The position numbers and the translations under genes were made by a program. Shown here piece by piece: positions 55,084 through 64,000 of a DNA stretch of 64,000 nucleotides. The stretch is from assembly GCF_009914755.1 (NCBI RefSeq), contig NC_060937.1. One strand, written 5' to 3'. This DNA is from the human T2T-CHM13v2.0 reference genome, Homo sapiens. Under the pieces are notes generated by a model. That model had not been told where the DNA came from and did no database searches. It saw only the letters and a list, made by a program, of their open reading frames with translations. Within the stretch, counting starts at the first letter, position 1. Every line of letters starts with the position of its first letter.

Positions 55084-56633
55084 ATTTCTTTCTAATAATT
55101 TTAAATGAGATATGTAATCATAAGGCCTAGTATTGTTATTTTCATTCCGTATTCACAATAGCTGTATACTGTCTGATAAATCTTGTTATCTCCAATGATA
55201 CGTTGCAGAGTCATGCAGTTATTGTGGAAAACAAACCCTTAAATCATATAATGTGTGTGTGTGTCTCACCAGAATTATTTTATAAGTTTAGAAAATCAAA
55301 TCATGTAAAATATGGATATATATTATATGATATATATGATACTAGTCAATGGGAATTAAACTCTGGAATTAAATTCCTTGAGTCAATGATAGTAAAATAT
55401 GTAGGAAGATCATGTGTCTAACTATTCTTTGTGAAATAACATGACATTGAGATCTATAGACCCAGCCAACACAATAGACTCAGTGGCTCAACGGAACCTG
55501 CCATACTTCTGAGTTGAGGTCTAGTTCAGACCATTCACCTACAGCAGGCCTTGAGGATAGCATGAGAATCTGCACAGAGCTGTCCAACATAAGACTCAGA
55601 CATTTCCACAAGGCCATTACACATTTCTCAAATATGCACCAGGTGTGTCATGATGGTAAACATAGGAGGAGAAGAAATCTGAAAAGGAACACGTGTCTAA
55701 GAAAAACTGGATCATTTGAACATAGGTTTGCAAACTTATGTTCAAAAGAATCTAAAATGGTATTAATTCACAATGGTATGCTCCCCTAAACTTGTTAATT
55801 TAGATCCATGCTAGAACTTGAAGAGGAACTTTTTTATTTTTTGTATTTTTGAATTGTGCTATCATGAATATTTTATCCTGCTATACTAGGAAAGGTAATT
55901 CTTATTATTAGTGAATAATAAATATTTTTAAATTAGATTAAGAAAAGTTAATGAAAAGAGCTCTTGAATAGAAACTATAAATTCTTTTTTTCTGATTCAC
56001 AAGTAATCTTGTGAAAAATGACGATGGCTATCTACTAGATTTCAGATATCCTGTGAAAATTAGAAAAGAATATTCACTTTCTGGGTGGCTCAAAGTAAAG
56101 GTAGTACATAAAGAATGAGGATAGTACTCATAAATCCATTTTATATCTATTTATAATGACATGTTGATAAATTGGCTATATTTTCAGAATTATTAACCCA
56201 AGAACATTTTGCAGCCTATTTATGGAGAAGACACATTAAATCTCTACTACCAGCTGCAAACATTTTCTTCTCCTAGGAACACTTCCCATTTTCTAAATTG
56301 TCTTGGTTAGTGTATTTTTTTTCTCTCATGTCATGGAGAATTAGCAGATGACCTTATATTCTACTTTTCAAAGAAAATAGAAACCATATGAAGTGATCTC
56401 TCTCAAGAACACTTATTTCTACTTTATTACCTCCATTCCTTTCTCCATCCAGTGTAACTGAACTTCCACAGCTCCTACTCCAATGAAAGTGCTAGATACA
56501 TTGATCAAGAAAAATATATGGAAACCACAAACTCTTCTTTGCTCTGTGATTTTGGATTGCATAAGTCAATCCTTTTTCTCCCATGGCTTCTGAGACAATA
56601 CTGTCTACCTTTTGGCCTTTACACTTTACAAAA

Positions 56634-58989
56634 CAGGTACACCTCATTTCATTGAGATTAACTTTATTGCCCTTCATAGATACTGCAATTTCTTACAAAC
56701 TGAAGGTTTGCAGCAACTGTGCATCCAACAAGTCTGTTTGCACTATTTTTTAAAACATCATATGCTCACTTTGTGTCTCTGTGTCACATTTTGGTAATTC
56801 TCACAATATTTCAAATTTTTAAATTATTTTTACATCTCTTAACCTCTTTACATCTCTAATCTATGATAATTAATATTACCATTGTAATTGTATAAGACAA
56901 CTTAATTGATAAATATATATCTTCTGACTGTTCCAGCAGTCATTCTCCCATCTGTCTTCCTCTCTTTTTGCTTCACTATTCCCTGAGACATGACAATAAT
57001 GAAATTAGGCCAGTTAATAACCCTACGATGGCCTGTATGTGTTCAGGTTAAAAAAAGAGTCACATGTCTCTAAATTGACATAAAAAGCTAGAAATGATTA
57101 AGCTTAGAGAGAAAGGTACATTGAAAGTGGGGAAAGGCCAAAAGCTAGGTCTCTTGCATGAAACATTTAGCAAAGTTGTGAATGCAAATGAAAAGTTCTA
57201 GAAGGAAATTAAAAATGCTACTCCAGGGAACACGTGAACGAGAAATGAAAGTGAAACAACCTAATTGCTGATATGGAGAAATTTTAGTGGTCTGGATATA
57301 TCAAACCAGCTCCAACGTTCTCTTAAGCCAAAGGCTGATCCAGAGCAAGGCCCTAACAGTCTTCAATTCTTGAAGGCTGAGAGATGTGAGAAAAGTTTAA
57401 AGCTAGCAGAAGTTCATTAATGAAATATAAGGAAAGGAGCTGTCTCCATAACGTAAAAATACAAGGTAAAGTAGCAAGTGCTGATGCAGAAAGTGCAGCA
57501 AGTTATCCTGAAGATCTAGTCAGTATAATTTATGATGGAAGCTAACCTAAGCAAAATATTTTCAATGTAATTGAAACAGCATTATACTGGAAGATATCAT
57601 CCAGGACTTTTCTACCTAAGGAAGAAAAGTCAATGCCTGAATTTCCAGCTTCAGAAGACAGGTTTCCTCTCTTGTTAGGGGATAATGCAACTGGCAATTT
57701 TAAGTTGAAGCCAGTGTTTGCTTACCATTTGGATAATCTTAGGCCCCTTAAGAATTGTGCTAAATCCGTTCTGCCTGTGCTGTGTAAATGGAACAGCAAA
57801 GCCTGCATGACACCACATCTGTTTTAAGGCATAGTTTTTTTGAATATTTTAATCCCACTGTTGAGACCTCAGAAAAAGAAAAAAGAAAAAAAAAGATTTC
57901 TTTAAAGATATTACTGCTCATTGAAAATGCACCTGGTCAACCAAGAGCTCTGATAGAGATGTACAAGGGATTAATGTTGTTTTCATTCCTGCTAACACAA
58001 TATCCATTCTTCAGCCCATGGATCAAGAAGTCATTTTGACTTTCAAGCCTTGTTATTTAAGAAATACATTTTGTAAGGCTCTAGTTGCCATAGAGAGTGA
58101 TTTACCTGATGAATCTGAGCAAAGTAAATAGCCTTCTGTGTAGGATTCACCAGTCTTGATGCCATTAAGAACATTTGCAATTATTCACAGAAGGAGGTCC
58201 AAATGTCAGTATTAACAGGAGTTAGGAAGAGGTTGATTCCAACCTCATGGATGATTTTGAGGGATTTTAGACTTCAGTGAAGTCACTGTGGATGTGGTAG
58301 AAATAGCAAGATAACTGGAATTAGAAGTGGGCTTGATGCTGTCACTGAGTTCCTGCAATCTCATGTTAAAACTTGAAAAGATGAGCTGCTTTTTAAGGAT
58401 GAGCAAATAAAGCAGTTTCTTGCAACAGAATCTGCTTTTAATGAAGATGCTGTGAACATTGTTGAATTGACAATAAAAGATTTAGAATATTATATAAACT
58501 TAGTTAATAAAGCAGCAGCAGGGTTTGGAAGGGTTGATTAATTTTTAAAGAAGTTCTACTGTGGGTAAAATGCTACCAAACAGTATGCTATGAGAAATCT
58601 TTCAAGAAAGAAAAGAGTTAATCTATGGGGCAAAGTTTATTATTATCTTATTTTAAGAAACTGAAAAGCTATTCTACGTTTCAGCAAACACCAGCCTAAT
58701 CAGTCAGCATCCGCCAATGGAAGGCAAGACCCTCCATCAGAAAAAAAAAAAATTACTTTTTGAAGACTCAGGTGGTTAATAGCATTTTTTAGCAATAAAG
58801 CATTTTAAGCTTAAGGTATGTATATTTTCAGACATAATGCTATTACTCACCTAATAGACTATGGTATAGTGTCCACATAACTTTTATATGCACTGGGAAA
58901 CCAAAAACTTCTGTGATTCACTTTATTGCAATATTTACTTTAATGCAGTGGTCTAGAACCAAATCCACAGTATCTTCAATATACGCCTG
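56634..58989 (+). mobile_element. Tigger1 (pogo-like Tc1/mariner) DNA transposon, near full length (~2.36 kb)
   Basis: Inverted termini CAGGTACACCTC.. and ..ATACGCCTG; Tigger1 subterminal sequence; transposase remnants. Confidence 0.95.
57028..58400 (+). pseudogene. Disrupted Tigger1 transposase
   Basis: ATG at 57028, then KLEMIKL; fragments MPEFPASEDRFPLLLGDNATGNFKLKP..PVLCKWNSKACMT and [16 protein letters not shown] resemble Tigger1/TIGD1; many stops; end approximate. Confidence 0.88.
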
Positions 58990-59989
58990 TCTTCATTTTC
59001 TCTAGTTTTCTGCCAGTATTCCCTTTCTTCTCTTTCTGTTTATTTGTCAATGAGCTTTCATTATGTAATTTTGCATCTATCTGTGATGAATTTCTAATCT
59101 ACACTTACCAAATCTCTTCCCAGTCTCCAGATTGATATGTGCAATTGCTTGTTTGATGTTTTCATTGGGTTATCTCACACAGACATTTCAAAGATCTCTG
59201 AATCTCTGATCATTACTTATTATGCAAATTGGCTTTTCTCCTTTACCTTGGTAAATATATCTACAGACCTCATTCTTAGAGTTCCCTCTTTCAGACTCTC
59301 ACATCCATTATAATCAAGTCCTACAAATGATAGCTTCTAAATAGCCTATAGTATATTCTTACTGCTCTGTCTCCATTTCGCTCTATTAATTGAGTAGCTA
59401 ACATTACCATTTATAACTGATGACTATGATGATAATTATTACAATGATCCACAATATAATTTTTACTCTTGTAAGTAATGTTATTAGGTATCCATTTTAC
59501 TTGTATGCACACTATCTTTCAGACAGTTTAAGCCACTTACCCATAATCTCATAGGCTCTAGTACCCATGCTTTGTAACTAATCTCTTTAGACACCAGTTT
59601 ATCTGCATATAGGCCATCTTTCACAATAAATCCACAATTATTTGCTTACTAAAAAACAGATCTGTATTCTACACTTTTAGAACTTTTTTGCATTTGAGGC
59701 AAATCTACAATTAAAATTTATGTTTCACAATGGCATAAAAAAACTCTCAGACCTACCTAGGAGGTCCTATGCTCACATAGTTTCTCTCAGAAACACAAAG
59801 TTTCAGCCCCTTCAAACATCTGACCTTTCCCCCGTATTCTTTGTCCCATTTATACCTTCTTCTATTTGAAATCTAGTTCTTTCATTGAAATTCACTTTAC
59901 CTCCTTTCTCCCTCTCTAAATTAATAACTCATATTCGTTAAACTGTAAACCATTCCTTAACAGCATTAGTAAAAATTAGCATTTTTAAG

Positions 59990-61030
59990 GTTAATTTATT
60001 TGTTCACAGAGTAAATTTGGGGAGCCACAACATTGTGCCAGTGACAGTGACAGGGCATTGGGGGATATGACTGAAAAATCTCTGTCCACACAGAAGCTAC
60101 AATCTAGTATTTCCTGATATTTTGTTGTGCTTAAGATATAGCAGATATTATGCCAACTTATTTAATATATCATTTAACCTTTCAGGAAAATATATGAAAA
60201 AATTATTAATAATTACTATCCCTATTTTACAATTAAAAACCCGAGACAGGCAGTATGTGACAAACTCAAAGTAATTGCCTCTCTTTTAGTCATTAAATTA
60301 TGACTATTTAATAAAAACATTACAAATATAGTTGAGTACCACTTAAAAGTTCAAACTCAAGATGAAGATGTTTGCAAGTGGCATTTACAAAGACTAGGAA
60401 AAACTTTTTTGCATGTTGATAATAAGATAATTTGGTATGCCGGAGAGCATGAAGAAGTTCCCAACTTTCACATAGTTCAATTAATTAAACCTTAATGACT
60501 TCAAAGATCTGGACCTCTTGAACTCAAAGAAGCCCACAGCCTAGCGAGGGAGAAATATATATGAAAAAAACAGGCAAGCAAATAAATAAATTGCAATGTA
60601 AAAATGCTGACTCTACTACTCTGTATAATGTATAATGGACACCAAGAAGAAAGTAACATAAATTCTCACAACTAGGTCAGGAAACATTGTATAGAACAAG
60701 TGTCTTTACATACTGGTTTTGAAAGTAAATAAGGAGGATACAAAAGAGTTGTAAAATATTTCACACTGGGGACAACAGAGAAATGTGAAAATGAAAAGTT
60801 TATGTTTAGAAATAGCAAGTAGACACCTACCTGGTTAGGATAGAATATAAATGGCAGAGGTGTGTTGTGAGGCTAAAAAATTGGACTGGGAATCAGCAGT
60901 GAAGGTCTTTTTGTGCTAGGATAGGAAATTTGAATTTCATTCTGAAAGCTCTTGATGGTTTCTTGACATCATGTCAGAAAATGGCATGTTTTTCAAATGT
61001 ACTTAAATATAACCCTGACCAACCTGGAAC
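59990..61030 (-). mobile_element. L2 3' relic with an embedded MIR fragment (~60150-60260)
   Basis: ATTTATTTGTTCA..TGTGCCAG..GAAGCTACAATCTAGT; GGAAATTTGAATTTCATTCTGAAAG; MIR CTATCCCTATTTTACAATTAAAAACCCGAGAC. Confidence 0.55.
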
Positions 61031-61364
61031 TCCCAAAGAGATAAATCATGCTTGGGTGGAGAATCCTCCTAGGTTCACTTGCGGAACCCTAAATATTGCA
61101 GGCACTTCAGGCAGGAAATACAGTTCATTAAATTCTGCCTCAAGGGTTGCTAAAATGGTGTCTAAAGATGTTAAAGCAACAGAGCATGCCAAAGCAAATG
61201 ATGAATTCAGTTTTATTCAATGCAGTTCACACTTTAAAAGTCTCAAAATACTATTAAAGTTAAGAAAAAACATGCAACTATGTAAGCAAAAGCTCTACCA
61301 AAATGATAACCACAATTAGGAGATAATGATTATATCTGCAGATATGGGTATTTAATTCTCCCTC

Positions 61365-61430
61365 TACCTTCTCCCTCTGTGAATTTGGGCAAATCTCTTA
61401 ACCTCTGCACCTCTAAATGGGTGAAAATAT
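61365..61430 (+). mobile_element. MIR core fragment
   Basis: CTGTGAATTTGGGCAAATCTCTTAACCTCTGCACCTC. Confidence 0.6.
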
Positions 61431-62682
61431 TTTTTGGACTTTGCTTTTGTACTTCGCTTAAAAGTTTGTTTTTACCCTTAAGTGTAATACAGTAAATAAA
61501 AGACCACCGTATTAGGTACATGGTATTTTATTATTTATAGTAAAACTTAGCTGATTTAGTATCATGATAGTTACTAATGTAAATTTACTCTGTGGATTAA
61601 TCAATTATTTTAAATTGATGTTATAAAAATAAAAATAATTTGCTTTCTCTTGGTGACAGAAAATTAGCAGTGTGGAATTTGTTGGCTGGAACTAGACAAC
61701 TAGAGTCTGAGTAGAAAAGTGCTGTAGCAAAGCTTGGGGAAAATGGCTCAGAAAAAAAAATTTACCGTCAATACAGGATCATGACATTTAGAGTACTGAA
61801 AAGTCTGCATATACACAGTGTAAAAATTACTTACGAAGCGGTTTTCTTTTTAAAGTTATATATTTATTGGTATTTAAATTTTATGTATTCTTTGTTACTA
61901 ATGAAGTTGGCAAACTTCAATTTAAATAGGACTGAAGGAAAAATCTACATGAAAAGGAACAACTTTACTTTTAGTTTGTGTACTTGCATAAACTTGGAGT
62001 ATAATTTTTCTGCATTAGAATCCAAAACTGTATTTTCTAGGTGAAAATACAATTATAACTAAAAGTTGTTTTGAGTGGACATTGAGTGGACAAGATCAAC
62101 ATGCCATTCTTCATTGACTATTACAAAAATGAGGGCATTTATTTTGCCCTGACAACATTACAGAAAATTGTAAGGTACTGTTAGTAAGAGGGTCCCTCCA
62201 TCATTCATGACAGGACCACTTTACATTCTTTTTATTTTCAAATTTTTAAAAATTAACACAAAATCGAATGCATTTATTACATGCAATATAATGTTTTAAA
62301 GTTTATATACATTGTGGATACTTTCTTAATGATCATCACATCAATAGTTTGGGAATCTTTCTCTGGGCTCACTTAAAGCTGTTGCACACCTATTCCACAT
62401 AGAAACTATACATCCAGGATCTACTCTCTCCATAAGGGCTTGATCGTTGCTATATGGCAGTGGGAAATTATGAGTTATTGGGTAAAATCTGTTTCTTAAA
62501 AATGAGTTTCATAGGTAATTCTGTGTCTTAGAAGCAACATTAAATATTTATGCAAATAAATTTATTCAAAAACTAAAATAGTGTTTTAGGAATGGAAATT
62601 ATTCCTGTAACTTCAGCAAAAATAGGTGAGATGTTCCTGTAGAGCTAACACTTCTTCACAAAGTCTTTTCCACTCCACTTAC

Positions 62683-62791
62683 CAGCCACACAACACTTGC
62701 TTCTCTGCAGAAGGAGTGTCACAAGGATGGTTAGTGCTACGTTTCCCGAAGTGCTCCACTTATGCCTGCCACAGGACATGGCATTTGCCAT
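62683..62791 (-). CDS. Candidate first coding exon (signal-peptide-like, unidentified gene)
   Basis: AACATGG Kozak context; encodes MANAMSCGRHKWSTSGNVALTILVTLLLQRSKCCVA; ends at CTG|GTAAGT in phase 1; non-repetitive and GC-richer than flanks. No homology recognised. Confidence 0.3.
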
Positions 62792-63374
62792 GTTAGTGTA
62801 GCTGGTTGGTGCCCTGTATTCTAAGCGAAGTATCTCACTGCAGAGAGTGTCTTTTCCATCATTGCACAAATTGGGGTTCTTAATTCTAGGTTTGCCTGCA
62901 CCCTATAAACAGCCCCAATAATAATCCATCAGTAACATCTCCCATTACACTTCAGTTCCAGATAAGAGATGATATTACTGATCCTCTTTCAATAAGGAAG
63001 GGGGCAAGGAGAAGGATGCATGTGTGTAATTTGAAAAGACCTCCTGGAGGTTATGATGCATTGCCTAGATAGAAAGTCACCTCCTCAGGAGGATTATTGT
63101 TACTGTTTTTAAATACAACAATCATCGATTTTTGGCACAAGAAAATCTTCAAAATATTGAATCTGATTAGTAACTTTCAAGATAAATGAAAATAATAAAG
63201 TGGTGTGAAATGTTTAGTAGTATAAGCATAAGGATACTAAAATAAATAGAAATAAACATAACTAAAAGTAACAATAACATACACTGGAAAAATAACATAC
63301 ATTGCCTTTTTCTCCTTTATTTCAGTTTTCTATTATTTAGACTACCATTTCTAAAATCCTACACTCCCAGAAGG

Positions 63375-63610
63375 ACAGATTAATGGAGCTTGACAGAAGC
63401 TTAGGAAATCACCTCTGCAGCACCCTGCCTCTAGGCAGCACATGTCTAAACCATCTAGGACGGTTTCATTGTCTATGCTTCTCTAGAATATCTCACTATG
63501 CAGACACCATAACCTACATTGGGACTTTCACACCCTGACTGCCCAGAAGTTTTTTCTGGCATACAACAGAAATCGATTAGATCTTAGAATTTTAACCTAT
63601 TCTTTTGTTT
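63375..63610 (-). mobile_element. L3/CR1 relic
   Basis: GGAGCTTG..CTTAGGAAATCACCT..CACCCTGCCTCTAGGCAG..CACCCTGACTGCCCAGAAGTTTTTTCT. Confidence 0.55.
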
Positions 63611-63923
63611 AAAAAGTTTGTAACTCCAGAAAAGAACACACATATACAAGCACACACACATACAAGCACACACATACAGCGAAAGAGAGAGGGGAAAAGA
63701 GGGAGAAAGAAAGAGACTTAGTTGTCCCAAGTGAATTATTAAGAAACATTTAATATTTCCAAAAGGGAATTAATTGTTCAAATAACTAGAATAACTTTAG
63801 GCATTTGAATGGTAGAATTTGATATTGTTTTATTTGTATGTTAATATCTTAATATTATAAATTGTCTCTTTAAGCATCTTGAATTTTGCCTTGTTTAAAT
63901 TATTTACAGTCTTTGAACAGCAC

Positions 63924-63925
<2 letters not shown>

Positions 63926-63958
<33 letters not shown>

Positions 63959-63962
63959 ATAT
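63926..63962. repeat. (TG)n microsatellite
   Basis: About 14 TG units read directly, followed by TA/TG mixed units. Confidence 0.95.
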
Positions 63963-64000
63963 ATTCATAATATGCTTTGGTGGATCTTTGTCATATGTGA

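Larger units (their letters stand above)
56190..59960 (+). mobile_element. L2 relic split by the Tigger1 insertion
   Basis: L2-like pyrimidine-rich sequence on both sides of Tigger1 (TCTCCCATGGCTTCTGAGACA; CTCCAGATTGATATGTGCAATTGCTTGTTTGATGTT). Confidence 0.55.

Noticed and set aside
60930-61319. 129-aa plus-strand ORF
   Set aside because: Begins at a non-ATG codon inside an L2 relic; no homology or splice support seen

Overview
This is AT-rich hominoid (human or great-ape) genomic DNA, most likely intergenic or a very large intron. It is not prokaryotic: there is no CRISPR array, operon, rRNA or tRNA. The hominoid call rests on a near full-length SVA plus a solo LTR12 and AluY copies. Much of the window is recognisable transposable elements: about 14 Alu/FLAM copies, an older SVA (B/C-like, minus strand, 17734-19267), an internally deleted L1PA13-like element (31619-36270), a solo LTR12 with a 4-bp target-site duplication (TSD; 40596-41677), a near full-length Tigger1 (56634-58989), two Tigger3 derivatives, MaLR and MER21 LTRs, and L1M, L2, MIR and L3 relics. 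Most supplied ORFs are repeat-derived or spurious, and I recognise no known protein-coding gene. The best non-repeat lead is a minus-strand candidate first exon at 62683-62791: a strong-Kozak ATG, a signal-peptide-like 36 aa and a consensus phase-1 donor, with a possible second exon at 55539-55678. Other leads are an Alu-tail (GAA)17, TSD-less or near-TSD-less insertions, and several microhomology deletions. I cannot support a new biological system from the sequence alone. Subfamily names come from recalled consensus motifs, not from an alignment, and boundaries of old repeats are approximate.
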